64,000 nt of DNA, from the NCBI GenBank assembly GCA_036172245.1, contig JAYWIR010000036.1:248001-312000 (forward strand). The letters are read 5' to 3'. The DNA is from Raillietiella orientalis. Lineage: Eukaryota. The notes under the pieces were generated by a model that ran no database searches, was not told the DNA's origin, and worked only from the letters and a program-made list of their open reading frames with translations. The first letter of the stretch is position 1; each line of letters begins with the position of its first letter. This document shows, piece after piece, positions 11,501 through 24,100 of the stretch. The translations under genes were made by a program, and so were the position numbers.

Positions 11501-14500
11501 AGGGAAGGGGTGGGGAGTAGAGGCACAGAGGGAGAGAGAGGCACGCGCGTTTCTCAGAGCGGCATCCCACGAAACACACGCCCGCTTTTCCCGGTCTCCT
11601 TGTCTTCCGTCCGAAAATTCCACACCATGGGAATTCGATTTTGCATCGCATTTGCATTCGCATCCATTTGTATCGATCGCCATTTCCTTGGCAACAATGG
11701 ACCCGCCGTTCTCGCTTGCCATTGGCTGCCGTTTCTATTTCTGTCGCAAGTGTGCGTACCTGCTGCCACGGTAACGTCCGAGCGCGCACGGGGAAAAAAA
11801 AAAAAAAAGGTGGAAAAATGGGGCGATGAACCGCGCTTTCTTGAACGTTAGGGGAGCGTAGGCGGTCCGGCGTGGGTCTCGGGAGACGACTGCGCGAGGA
11901 GCCACCGCAAAGCGGACCACCAAAGCGCCTGGGAGCGAAGGGAGGGTTTCCGCGGCCCTGCTGAGCAGCTTCGTGGGGGTGGGAAAAGCGTGCGAAGGGA
12001 ACTCCCTGGGAAAGAAAGGAAAAAACCGAGATGTTTGCTGTTGTTGTTGCTGCTGGGTGGAGGAAGCGTCCTGGCCCGGAGATGTTAGGAGGAGAAATGA
12101 GGCAAATAACCCCTGCGTTATCGGCCCGTAAACACAGCTTTCTTCGCAGTCAGCTACACAACGGAAACGCCCCAAAGGACAGCTCCGAACGTCCGAGTGA
12201 TCGGGCCGTTGGGGCACGCTCGTGGCAGCGCCGTTTCGTGGCGCCTTTCACACGTGGCCAGAAGAAGATTGCCAGGTTTCCCGCCCAGAAATCCTTCGAT
12301 TTACTGCCGATGTTTCTGCTGTTTCTGTGGAAGGCTTCACGTCTCTGCTTCCCTTTCGCTTCTTTGGCCTCTCAGCGCTCGAAGAAAAGAAAGAAAAAAA
12401 AAAAAAAAAACGGAGCACGTTTTTTTTTTCTTTCTTTCTTTTCTTCTTCCTCTCTGTCTGTAACGCGCATTTTGGATTCGCGTTCCGCGGGAAAGCAGCA
12501 GGCGAGTCGATCGGGAGCCGATCCGACGGGCAGGCAGGCAAATCACCCGACTGCGAATGTACGACGATGACGATGACGATGATCGTGTTCACTCGCGCAG
12601 TGCCGCGTTTGCCGGTATGGAGAGGTCGTGGACCGCCGATAAGGGACAAAAAGGAGGAGGGGGAGGAGGGAATTCCCCCCCCCCTCCTTCCCTCCCTCCG
12701 CAGCATTGTTTCTCGAACGCAACAATGCAGACTGAGAGAGGATGCGGGAGGGAGTGACGCGCGCGCCTCTCGCGGCGCGAGCGAGCGCGAATATGCGCAC
12801 ACGCGCTTGCTGCGTGAAACTCGATCCCCATCTCCAGGAGATCACCGTCCCGCACTCCGCGCGCGCACGCGTCGTTTCGGCGGCAGGATAACCCCCTCCC
12901 CCTCCCCGCTTCCTTTTTTGCTTTTCTCGCATCGAGCAGCGGGACAACACCGGAGTCCAGGGAGACAGACAGAGAGGGACTTGCATCCCCCCCCGCCCCC
13001 TCCCGTGCCTCTTTTACCTTTCTGGTTTCAAGGGAAACGTATGAGGGAGGAGGAGGGGGGAGAAAGGGTGTGTGCGCGCGCGCTTCGCTCCCGCCATCTC
13101 TTGACGTTTTGCAAATGAGCCTCTTGAAGCATCCACACAGCAAATTTAATTTCCGCTGAAATCAAATTTCGCAGCTCAGCGCCAAGGAGAGGCGGCGGTT
13201 GCTCGGCGAGGGAGGAGAAGAGGGGGGGCAGCAGCAGCGCCGCACACCACGCTGTCAGCGAGGCAGTTTCCGGGGGTCCGTGCGTGCGTGCGTCGTCCCT
13301 TCCTTTCTTCTTCGCCTGCGTATCCTTCCTTCCCCTCGCTTCTCTGCTTTCTTCCTCGCGAGGGGAGGGGAGGGGGGGGGGGGACTGCGGATTCACGAAT
13401 TCCGCTCTCGGGGGAGGGCGGCGCGCGCGCGAGCCGGCGCGGAGCACCGCCCCGACCTGCGCGCGCGTATTGCCGGCTTGCGCGGCCGTTTTTTTTTTTT
13501 TTTTTTTTTTTTGTGTTTTTCGCTTCCGATGCCGCGACCACGACGGAACGCGCAAAGTGGGGTGGGTGGGGCAGAGACCGGAATGAGGAACCTTCCTGCC
13601 TCCTTCCCGCGGTTTCCTGGACGTTATTCGGACGGACCCAGCCGGCACCCTGGCAATGAAGACCCCTGCCCCCCAGCGGACTGTGACCCCTTCCCCGCCT
13701 TGTTTCCCATTTACTTTTCACGCATCGTCTCATTTCGTGTCTCTCTCTCTCCCCGCCGCTGCCGAGGCGAACACCGCCGGTCTGCGATGCCGGCGGGTCC
13801 TTCGCCGCCGCCGTCGCTCGAGGAGCTGCCGCAGCACCGGGCGGAGGGTGAGCCGCTCGCTTCCCTGCGTGATCCCGGCGCTGGGAGGAGGAGCGAGGGG
13901 GAGCAGAAGAAAAACGGAAGAGGTGGGAGGGGGAGGGCGCGCGCGGAGCGCACAACACGCATGCGCGGGCGCGCACATTCCTCGGGACCCAAATGAAAAG
14001 TTCCTTTGTTTCTCCTCGTCGGCAACCTGCGGGACTGCATAAGGCAGGGGCGGGAGGAGGAGACGGGGGGGAAAAAAAAAAGGAAAAGAAAAAACGGGGT
14101 AACCGCGCAGGCGCCTCGACGCGAGCAAATTACACGGATCGAGTCATTAAAGTCCGCTGATGACTCCACGCCCACCGCCATTACTCTTTCATCTCGGGCC
14201 TCTCTTTTTGCCCCTGCCGAAAAGAAAGGCATCGGGCGGAGACGGCGAGCCGGTCGTCTTTAATTTGCTTTCCTGCCGAAGCTGTTCCCCTCCCCCCCCC
14301 CCTCCCTCTCCCCCGGGAATGAAGTCACCGGGTGCGGGAGCGAGCGATCCCCGGCAGCGCGCGGGTCGTGCGCGGTCGGCAGTCCTGCAGGGGGTGGGGC
14401 AGCGGCGGTGCCTGAGGGGTCACCTCCGTGCGCGCCTGGGGAACGCGTTCCCGAGGCGTGCGAGGGAGTCCCTTCGGGATGCGCCGACCTCCTCCCTGTC

Positions 14501-17159
14501 TGCCTGCCCTCGGGGATGTCGCCGTCGCGCCCGCGTTTCCCAGGCAACGTCGCCGCCGTCGTCCGGGGAACGGGACGCGCGCGCGCGGCAACATCCTTTC
14601 TCTTCCACTCCCTCGAGGAAAGAGGGGAGAGAAGGCCCGAGGGGAAGAGGAAGGTCGCCGCCGCCGTCCGTCCACTTCCCTCCCCCCGGGGAAGACTCTC
14701 TGCGCCACCTCGCGGGCGTAATCAAATTACCGTCTCGGGCTAATTGAATCCCGGAGGCGCGTCCGAGCCGGAAGAGCTGTCACCCGGGACGACGAATCGC
14801 CCGCCATCTGTGCACACCCCTCCTCCCCCTGCCGCCCCCGCTCGCCTCCGTTGGCGTCCCCCTTCTCGCCTCTTTTTCGGAGGGAGCGACAGTCCCACCG
14901 GTGGCGGGACTTCTCTTGGGAGAGGGAGGATGGAGTGGGTCAGAGAAAGGCTCGGGCTGCAGGCGGACGGGCTGACTCCCGCCCCGGGACGCATGAGGGA
15001 CCCCCTTCCGGTCGGGGCGATGGGGAGGAAGGGGACCGCGAGGCCGGCGCCCTCTGCTCTCGCCTTCCATCCCTGCCCTCTGCTCTGGTGCTCAGCTCAT
15101 CCGTTCGCCCTCGCCTCCTCCCCTCCTGCCCTTTTCCGACCGTCCTGACGACCCTTTCCCCCCTCTTCCTGCCTGTTCTCTTCCTCCCCCCCCCGCCCCA
15201 CCCCTTCCCTTTCGCCGCGCCCGTCTTCCTGTTTACCAGCGCGGCCGGGCGCGCCCCATTCATGCGTGCGCGGCCAAGTGGCGAGAGGGAGAAGGGAAGG
15301 GCCGACCCCCGAACGCGGCGCGTCCTTCTACAAAGGAAGAGGGGGAGGGGCGGGCCGGGTCGAATCCTCCTGGGGAGCGCGAAAGGGGGTGGGTGGGGCG
15401 AGGGGTGACGCCCTCCATTGTGTGCCGCGAGATCCGCGTAATTGGCGTGCGAGCGGACGGGTGCGCGCGCGAGCGCGCGCGCGCAACCTGCCAGCAGAAA
15501 TTCGTTCCGGCCAGGGAAAAAAAGGGGGTGGTTGCAGAGGAACGGCAGAGGAGGGGGTGACCCACAACAAGGTCAGAGGTGGGAATTAGAAGAAGCGGGA
15601 GGCGGGACTGCGCCGTTCGCACCTACGACGGCAGTGACATTCCACCCGTAATGGCGTCCATGGGGCAGGCAGAATCTCCCCGTAGTGGCGGGACTCGCCG
15701 TCGCTGAGGATCGACCCTCTTCCTGACCCGAAGCGACTCCCTTCTCCGGCCCCAGGACCCACTTATGCACCGCAGACTTACCCTCCTGCCCTTTCTCCTT
15801 CCTTCCGCGCCCTCCTTGCCCTCCGCGGTGCTTTCTTCCCTTGACCTTCGTCTTTCGCTTTCCTCCCTCCCATCTACCGGCAGGCAGAAGCACTGCGGCG
15901 GGCAGGGTGGCGGAGGGGGGTGCCGAAGAGACGTGCGAGGGTGCAAAGTGTCCCCCTCTCCCCCCTTCCGTGACGGCACGAGGCATGCCCGAATCCTTCC
16001 TCTGCCCTCCTCCTACTGTTCGAATAGCGGTAGGAGGGACGGAAGTGGCCCCCGTGACGCACGTGGGTTCCGTTAACAGCGCGGCGGCCGGGATCCGGGC
16101 GCTTTCCGGGAGGCGCGGAGCGGCGCCGGCGTTCCAGTGAGCTTGAATGGGTTCCCCGCCCCGCGACTCCTTCGAACCCCCCTCCCCCTCCTCCGCACAT
16201 GCGCACACGCGCGCGTGGCTCCCCTCCCCTTTCCCTTCGGGGGAGGAGACGGGGGCGCTGACTGTTGTGCCGGCTCTTTCCGACCTCGGGGCGCGTCCAT
16301 GAGGCTGCTCGGCATGTGAAGGGCCCATCGACCGGGCAGTCCCGTTCGTCGGCAGCAGCTCTCCTTCCTACCGGGGCCAATGGGTTCCCTCTTCTTCCTC
16401 CATCCCCCGCGCGAACCGCTCCGCCGTGCTCAAGGAGCCGCAGAAGGCAAACTCTCGGCGGAAAGTGAAAGTTGGACGCCTTCCTCGCCTCAAGCTCGAT
16501 GGCGCGTTCGATCGGAACCGCTTCGGCATTCCTCGCGCCGGCTGCCGGGAGGGAGGGAGGGAGCGCGCGCGTTTCGGAAGTCACCGGGAGAGAGAGGGGA
16601 GGTTGCGCGTTCTCCCTCCACGGTCTTCCACGCGGACAGAGCGTCCGAAGAGAGGCAGCAGCGCCCTCTCGCCTCCTCTCCAGCGAAAAATTTTCGCTCG
16701 CGCGCGCACGGATCATCTCTGACCGTTTTTCAGCGGGGGCCTGCTCCTCCCCTCCCTTTCTTCCTGCTTCCAGGAAAGCGTTCCTGATCTCTCGTTGCTT
16801 CGGTAACGTGAGAAACTCGAGGGGACGAAAGCCATGAGCGGAGGAGGGCGCGCGCGGGTGCTTAAGCACGGCGCTGCAGCGGTTCGAGCGCGGGAAAAAT
16901 GCGCCGCGGGAATCGAAGCGGCAACAATTGGGAGTCACGTGACGTGCGCTCCCTCCCGCGCGCGCATGGCGAGCCTCCCCGGCGTGCCCGGGTGGAGAAA
17001 GCCAAGTCCCCCCGTTGCCCGGCACCAGAGAGCAGCGATGGCACGCTCTCGGCTGCCGGGCAACGCGGGAGTACATTCGCGACCAGAAGCGAGCAGCCCC
17101 CTCGCCTGTCCTGCGCCCCCCGTGCCTCCGTGGAATGCTGCTGCTGCTGTACTACCGCG

Positions 17160-17640
17160 AGAGGGATGATGAGGCTGGCCGCAATGATGAGGAGACAGAC
17201 GCGGCTCCCCAAGATTCGTTGCGCTAGGACGCGTACCACACCAAGTGCCCCTTGGGATTGTAGGTGACCTGGAGCAACGCAAGAGGAGGACCGAACGACA
17301 GGGATGCCACATCCATTTTGCTGTCCGCTTCGTGAGAATGGCAACAAGACGGTCCCACCTGAAGAATATACACAGAGAACCTGTCAGCATCCTCCAGAGG
17401 GTGCAGACGAAAGCACCCAGAAGGCTGTGATTCCTTCCCGCATCCTCCCAAGTTCATTTATTTATTTACTTTTATTTTTGTTCCCATTCTGTTTGCCCTT
17501 CCCCCCTCTGCTACGCCTCTGTGGAGAACCTCAGCGGTCTGCGTGCCGGCAACTCGGCAGGTTCCATTCGAAATGAACGTGGTTGGACCACCGGTCCTTC
17601 CACAAACTTTGTCCATGTTTATTTTTATTGAAATAAATGC
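17160..17640 (+). mobile_element. 5'-truncated 3' end of the same L1/Tx1-like family as 1-2720
   Basis: Clear DNA and peptide similarity to 2340-2690 (LEQRKRRTERQGCHIHFAVRFVRMATR vs LERRKKRTERQGCHIHFAVRFMRTATR). T-rich UTR, AATAAA near 17632. Confidence 0.8.
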
Positions 17641-17801
17641 TCCGGCATGCCAGGGTGGAAAACCCAAGTCCCCTTCGTGAGCGCGCGCGCGACTGCTTGC
17701 TCAACGCATGCTGCTGCCGCAGCCCGGCGCTCTCCATCGTGCGGGGCTCGCACGCGCGTACCTCTCTGCGCCATGCCTCCTCGTGAGGGCCGCTGCTGCG
17801 G

Positions 17802-18162
17802 CGTCCAGCACGGTCGCGGCTCGGCTCGGAAGAGTCCGCCGAAACGCGTGCGTTCCCAGCACCGCCTCTCTGCCCCCCCGCTGCGCCTCGCTCGGCGGAC
17901 GCGGGGGCGCCCGGCAAGCCAGGGTCGGGACGCGCCGTGACGCTCCTCCCCGCGGGACGAGCGTTTCGGCAGCCAGCCGGGAATCGATCGCTCTTCCGTG
18001 CTGGCACCAAACTCTTGAGACTTTCTTGCGCTCGGTTTCTTCCTCTTGGGAGATGGCGGCGGGACAGTCTCCTGCCACTTCGTTCGCGGCGGAGGTGCTC
18101 AGGGGACGGAACGCACGCGTTTCGGCGGACTCTTCCGAGCCGAGCCGCGACCTTGCTGGACG
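17802..18162. repeat. 55-bp inverted repeat pair (17802-17856 / 18108-18162), 251-bp spacer
   Basis: The arms are reverse complements with one mismatch; no target-site duplication seen. Confidence 0.9.
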
Positions 18163-18559
18163 ACCACCTCATCTGCCGTCCTGGACTCAGTGGACTCACC
18201 CTCTCACCCTCGCGCCGTCCGGTTGGCGAGACGCCGTGGGTTGCCGACGTCGCCACTCGCCGTCACTCCGCTCTTCTGCCTTTTGTCCCGAGTGCTCGGG
18301 AAAGCGAACGGAGAACGGATGTCCCTAAAATTACCGAATAGATGGAGGTTTCCGGAGGGGGGAGAGGTTTTCTCCCAGCTCCTTCCTGGAGCCGGAAGAA
18401 GAAGGAAGTAGAACGCAGGGCTGCACCTGATCCCGAACCGTCCGTCCAGGCGGGACGAGCCGCAACTTCGCGAGATCCGTTGGGAATTCCGACGTTTCGT
18501 TTCGGGGAAGGCAGGGCTGCGAGAGGCGGCTGCGAGCGAAGAAACCGAGGACCGGGTTG

Positions 18560-19030
18560 CGGGCACCGAGGCAAAGAGGGAAGGTGCGCGTGCAGCGACA
18601 GCTGTTGTGGTGCGGCCTTGCAGGTGGAGCTGCTCCGAGCATGGAGAAGAGTCCAATCGACCACCTCAGACCGGGAGGGCCACGGCTTAAAGAGAAGCGG
18701 CGAGGGACGCACCGCGTGGAAAAGAGATGGGCGCCTGTCAGCGCCAGCCATCAGAAAAGCTTCCTCATTCATCTTTGAGCGGATGGCCATCCACAATGGG
18801 AGTTGACGGCCAGGGTCTCTCTCTCTCTCTCTCCCTGCTCCCGAGGAAACGGGGAGGAGGGAGGGGAGGGAGGGAAGCTTCCGATACCGAAAGCCATCGC
18901 TAAGTGAAGCGTAACCGGAAAGTAGGCGCGCCCGAGCACCGAAAAAATGGCTTTCGGGGAAAGCTACGGAGGGGTCTCGAGGAAGAGGGAAGGAGGGGAG
19001 CTGCCGAGAGACGGCTACGAGTAGGTTCAC
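18560..19030 (-). mobile_element. LINE reverse-transcriptase remnant
   Basis: ...RRPSLFHAVRPSPLLFKPW...QQLSLHAH resembles GVRQGxxLSPLLF...LSLYADD. Confidence 0.45.
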
Positions 19031-21179
19031 CTAGGCGGGAAGGTGTCATCCCGAACCGTGTGGGAAAAACCCTCCTCCTGCCTCTGTCCAGCGCGGGAGC
19101 CCGCGACGAGAAGGAGCGAGCGAGCGTTCGATCGAGGACATTTTCTGCACGGAGGCGGTCCCTCCTGCGAGCCGCGGAGCTTTCGATCCAAGGGAGACGA
19201 GCGAGCTGTTTCGCACCCCTTTCGTGCCTGCCGCTCCAAGAGGTGTGCAGGAGCGGCACGCTCGGGAAGCAGAAAGCGGCCGAGGCGGCATTGTTGCGTC
19301 ATTCCCCGCGCCGCGCTGCAACTCGAAAATGGGAAGCACGCATGAAAAACGGGAAAACGCTCTCAAGGGGTTGCGTGCTCTATCGGAGCCCCAGAACGAA
19401 CGTTTTTTAGTTGTTGCTGCTGCTGCCGCGGTTTCCTTCACCCCCGGAGACGGGGTGGGTGCCTCGGATGCCTCAGGGTGGCGAGCGCGGTCAACCTGGC
19501 CACGCGAAGAACTACGTCGAACGGTACGTCGTCGACCAATGACGACTGTGTGGATGACGCTAATTAAATCGGAACGGAAACCAACGGCTCCGATCGGTTA
19601 ACCTTGGCTGCTGATGTCTTGATCGATGGCCGCGGTGACTTTGATGGAGTGCTGACACGGCTCCGATGAGAATAGGCGAGGAGGGGATGGACAGAAGCCC
19701 TCCCCAGAGGAAAAAACACCCCCGCATTGTGTGAGCTGCTGCGTCTTTCAGACCCCAAAGCGCGCCAGGGGATCTCCGCTATTTGAAAGGGTTCTCTGGT
19801 GACGAAACGGGTGGTTTAGTGAGGCCGGCTGTGGCGCTCTGGGCCGCCGCCGCGCGCTCGCGCTTGTGCAGGACCGCCTGGGAGGATTCCTTCCAGGTGA
19901 ACCAAGTTGTCGAGCCGAGGGCCTGGGAAAGAATTTGTGTTCCCCAGTTCGTAGGGGCTCCCAGGAGCCGCGAGCCTGCTTCTTGCGTCACGCAACGGAT
20001 AGTCCGAGCGGGATTGAACCTCCTCCGCTGCGTCACGGGCTCTTCGTCTACTTGACCGACGCGAAGGTGAGGAGCAAAGGGTGGACAGAAAGCAGAAATC
20101 GCAAACAAAAATAAAAAGAATAAAAACGGCCCCACCGCTCCTTCCAGAGCAGACGGAGCGACGCTGGCCGAATCCTCCATCCGCTCTTCTGCTGTTGCTG
20201 CACGGCTTCATTCTGCGTCGCCGACGTGCTGGCCCTACCCGGACGGGTGGACTCCGCGGCGTCCGACTTTTTGATGGTGCATTGCGCTTGGAGTCGGCGG
20301 CGGCAGGATGGCGCGATTGAGATAATTTCGGCAACCCAAGATGCCCGTTCCCTTTCTTTCCTGAACGACGGGCGTGTCGCCTGTGTAACGTCCATCCCGT
20401 GCAGGTGCGGCCCGGAGGAGGAGAAGTGCCCGAAATGCTGTTGCTCCCCGCCTCGCCTTTAGCGACTTCCTTTTTTCTTCCCGCCGAGGCCAGTCGGCGG
20501 CGCCTCCTTCCCCGGTTTTATTGCCGCGTTCCCGGCCGGATACCTGCAGGATGGGGACGGAATGCGAGTTCTTCTGTCTGCCTCTTTTTGTGTGTGTGCG
20601 TGCGCATGCGTGTGTGTGTGTGTGTGTTGCTTCGGGACAAATTTTTACGGCCCCAGATTTTCCCTTGGGGACGCGCGAAAGTTAGCAGCAGGTCGCGCGT
20701 TCACATCACGACGGGGGTGATCAGTAAGAAAGGGAGCAGCGGGGTTGCCGCCGACCCAGGGCGCGCGCGCGAGAGGCTGCAAATCATCCGCAGCGCCATT
20801 GTGATGCGAGGGCGTCGCCGGATTAGCGAGGCCACTCAACGGGCTCATCGAAAGGCCCCGACGACATCCCTCGGAAGAATGGCGCGGCGGAGGCGCGCGG
20901 GACGCTCTTTGAAGCGGCGGAATCGTCGCCGTCCCTTCGCGACAAAGATGTCCTCCGCAAAAGCTGTCGTCGGCAAGCGCGCGAACGATCCGGCCCGCGT
21001 GACCAGGGTAACAGCTGCAGCTGCCTCTTCCTTTTCCCTCCTTCGCACGAACGGTAGATGTCCTCCACCGCGTTCCTCCCATCCCAGGCGGAGGGAGGAA
21101 GAACCTGCGTCCCCCGGCAGGTACCGGGAACAGAACCAAAGAGGAGGAAAAGCAGCCGCAACAGCAAGGAAGATTCTGT

Positions 21180-21760
21180 GCCCTCGCCTTGTTCCTTCCT
21201 GACCAAGGGCCTCCGGAGCGCAAAGGCGTTTCCGGAGACAGCGGAGGAAGAGAGGGAGGAAAAGGAAAGGGAGGAGAGGGGGAGGGGGAGAGGAACAAGA
21301 GAGGAGGAGGAGGAGGAAGGGGAAGAGAGGAAGAGGAGAAGGAACAAGAGATTCGCCACTTCGTGGCAGAGCTGCTGACGATCCCCTTGGAGCACGCGCG
21401 CGCCATCTGCTGATGCTGGTCCGGGAAGCGGGTGAGGCCTCCGCCCTGTCCCGAACTCCCTCCTCTTTCTCCCCGGACGAGGAGAGTTGCGCGCTGCAGG
21501 TCGACCGGGAGTCTGCCACCGTGGATGGAGTGGCCTCTGGGATGCGGAACACCTTCCTCCCTTGGAACGCGGATTCCCAGCATCCTTCTTCTCTCTTCCG
21601 AGGAGCACTAGCCAATCTTGGCATCCCGTCCCAGCTTCCCCTACTATTGCTACTGACAACGGTGGGGACTCCCCCTGGACTTCTGCTTCATCCCTTCGCG
21701 CGCGTCTCGCTCCCTCTAGCGGACCGCCCTCCACGCTGATGTCGACGTCCACCCTGCAAC
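21180..21760 (+). mobile_element. Possible LINE RT remnant
   Basis: ALQVDRESATVDGVASG weakly resembles LSLDxEKAFDRV. Confidence 0.25.
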
Positions 21761-21827
21761 GAGCGCCGCAGCACCATTGGACGAGGAGTGACACGCCAAA
21801 CTCGAGTGCTCGGTGCTGCCACCTGGT

Positions 21828-22947
21828 CACGCCGATGCGTCTGTTGCGACGACAGCAAGAATCAACTCGCAACTGTTGCGGTTGGCAGCGTAGCCCCACC
21901 ACGTCCAGCTCGGGGCTCCGCACCAGCCGTTTGCTAGGCCGCTTGTCGTTTGTTTTGTCGGTCCGCCTGACCTCCGTGGATCCGCCGAGGTGAACCTCGT
22001 CGATCTGCGCAGACCGGCTCTTCGGTGGGGAGGGGGACGAAAACAAGATGAAAGAATGCATGAAAAATAAATGGGAAACAGCAGGGAGGGCCGCAAAGCG
22101 GTCACCGCGTCCTCTGCATCCTTTTTCAGGATGCCGTCCGGATAGCGCCCAGACGGGGCTGTCCGACTGCCGTTCGTGGGAATGGGACTGCCAATCGGAC
22201 GGCATCCCTTTCGTTTCTTCCTCCGTCGGCTTCGCTCCAGGCCGCCACGATGCCGCGGATGCAGCAAAGTGCTGCTGCCGGGACTGCAGGGAGCCCCGCA
22301 CGAAGAGGAGCCGCACAACCGGGATGAACCGGGAACTGCCGACCGGGATCCGCAGGGTCGTCCCAAGACCGAGGCGACCACAGAGGACCGAGGGCATAGG
22401 CAGGAGCAGTTGCAGGAGGGATTGCCGCTGCCCGCACGTGTCCAGCGGCGTGGGCGCGAGTTGCAGAAAAGTGCCGACTCTCGCCACTCCGTGGGGAGGG
22501 CGCTGCTGCCTCCCAGGAAAACCGGGACACGCTTCAGGTGCTCGTCGAGGGAACGCCGAGCAGCTCGCCCCAGCGCTGGAGTCGTCGCGGAAGAGTGCCC
22601 GAGGTGGCAGCACCCTCCAGTTGCCCTGTGGTCCAGATGCACTCATCCGCTTTCTTCTGAAGTGCCTGCGGTCTCGCAGGAGTCTTCCCAGCTCCAGGGC
22701 GGTTATCTGCTGCCAAGGGAAGGGCATCGTTGCCTCAAGGGGGGGAGTCCGCTCCGTCCACGCGCCCACGCGCGTGCTGGGACTCTCCAGGACCTTCCGC
22801 ATGGAACCGCGAGCGTTCTCCACGCTTCCGCGCTGGACTGCTTCGACTTGGCCCTCGTGCCAGCGGTTTCTTGCATCCAGGCGCTGCAGTTGGCGTGGCA
22901 GAAGGCTATACGGCCGTCCTCCTTGGCCAGGGAGCCATGCATCCGAG
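21828..22947. repeat. 1120-bp direct duplication, copy 1 (copy 2 at 32387-33506)
   Basis: Sequence and all ORF translations match the segment 10559 bp downstream; flanks diverge abruptly. Confidence 0.97.
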
Positions 22948-24100
22948 AGCTGTGCCTGGCGCGGGGAGGTGAAATCCTTCCCTTGGTGCTCGCATACTGC
23001 GTTGCCCTCCGGGCATTGTGGGTGCGTCCCTCCTCCGTCGTCCCTCCCTTCTTTCAAAGGTCCTCTTTGCACGAAGGACCATGACGCCTGCGCGTCGTCG
23101 TCTGTTGCTGCTAGCAACGGCAGGGAGGGTCATCCGTTTCGCGACTCTTTTCCTGCAACTCTCGTCGAGGTGGCCTCCTTTGGAAAGGAGCGAGGAAAAG
23201 CTCGCATGCGACCCAACGCAACTGGCAGCGACCCCTTCCGGTGCCTCGAGGCCATTTTTTTTTCAGTTTTTTGTCTTTTCCCCCTCTTTCCCTCTGTTGC
23301 ATCCAGGGACCTCGTCATCGGCTTCTCTTAAAGTTTTCTTTGGCAGGACATGACGTCCTAATGCTCTTCCCCGGATGCTTCTTCCTTGTATTTCTTCCGC
23401 GGGAACAGGATCAGGTCTCCGGGAGATGCTGATTTCTCGTATGCCAGGGAAGAGAGGAGGAAAAGTCCGGAGGCTGCCTCAGAGCTCTGCTCCCCCTCCT
23501 GGAGCAGGTCTCTGGAACTCCCTCAGTTCCTTTCTGAAGGCACTCGATGGACGCCTTCCACGAGTCCAGGGCGTGGGAAGGTGGTTTAGGAACGGTCGTC
23601 TCTCTCCCTCCGCAGGAGGCGCCGGAAGTAGTCAGCCGACTCTCTCACTCGTGGAAGAGATTCAGTAACACACCGTGCCCTTCCTCCTCCTCCAAGTAAA
23701 GGGTGCTTCTGGAGGGGCCGGACCTGCTCCCACTCGGCTCCACTCACTCTCTCGTTCCTACCTCCGTCCTCTCTGTCGTTTCATCTCCTTTCCTCCTCGT
23801 CTGTTCCTTCTTTCCTTCCCTTCCTTCTCCTGCTTCCTCACGAAATTCCCCTTCGCTTTGTCTTTCCAGATCTCGAAAATCGTTGGTTCCAGAACGGTCT
23901 GGACGGTGGTCTTCAGGAGTGCCACAGCTGCTCATCAGTGGCTTTCCCGGAAAAGCTCTCCTCCTGTCTTCTCGGAGAGTCAGTGAGCTTGTTGGAAGAG
24001 CGTGGTAGGCTTGCTGTGGGGCTGCTGCTCCACAGCAAGCCTACCACGGAGGAGTCCAGGAAACCTCTTCAGCTGGCATCTTCCAAGACGGTGGTGAAGA
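21950..24100 (-). mobile_element. Degenerate L1/Tx1-like element, same family as 1-2720
   Basis: Minus strand ggcatcctgaaaaaggatgcagaggac matches ggcatcctcgaaaggatgcagaggac at ~2478, followed by the T-rich UTR and ggtctgcgcag. Upstream IWKDKAKGNFVRKQEKEGKERR resembles the post-endonuclease WxxxKxxI linker. Confidence 0.6.
24001..24048. repeat. Hairpin with perfect 19-bp arms
   Basis: cgtggtaggcttgctgtgg (24001-24019) and ccacagcaagcctaccacg (24030-24048) are exact reverse complements. Confidence 0.95.

Noticed and set aside
13320..13330. U12-type 5' splice site GTATCCTTC
   Set aside because: Imperfect match with no supporting upstream exon or branch point; expected by chance.
8733..17076. 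Numerous 200-400-aa ORFs
   Set aside because: They cross poly-A, poly-T and poly-G runs and microsatellites on both strands, with no recognisable domains or exon structure.
19990..20065. tRNA gene (minus strand, GGTTCAATCCC B-box-like)
   Set aside because: No cloverleaf can be formed; at most a decayed tRNA-derived SINE head.
20823..23117. 764-aa ORF as a real gene
   Set aside because: It runs through a degraded LINE and GA-rich low complexity, overlaps long ORFs in other frames, and shows no coherent domain; consistent with GC-driven stop scarcity.
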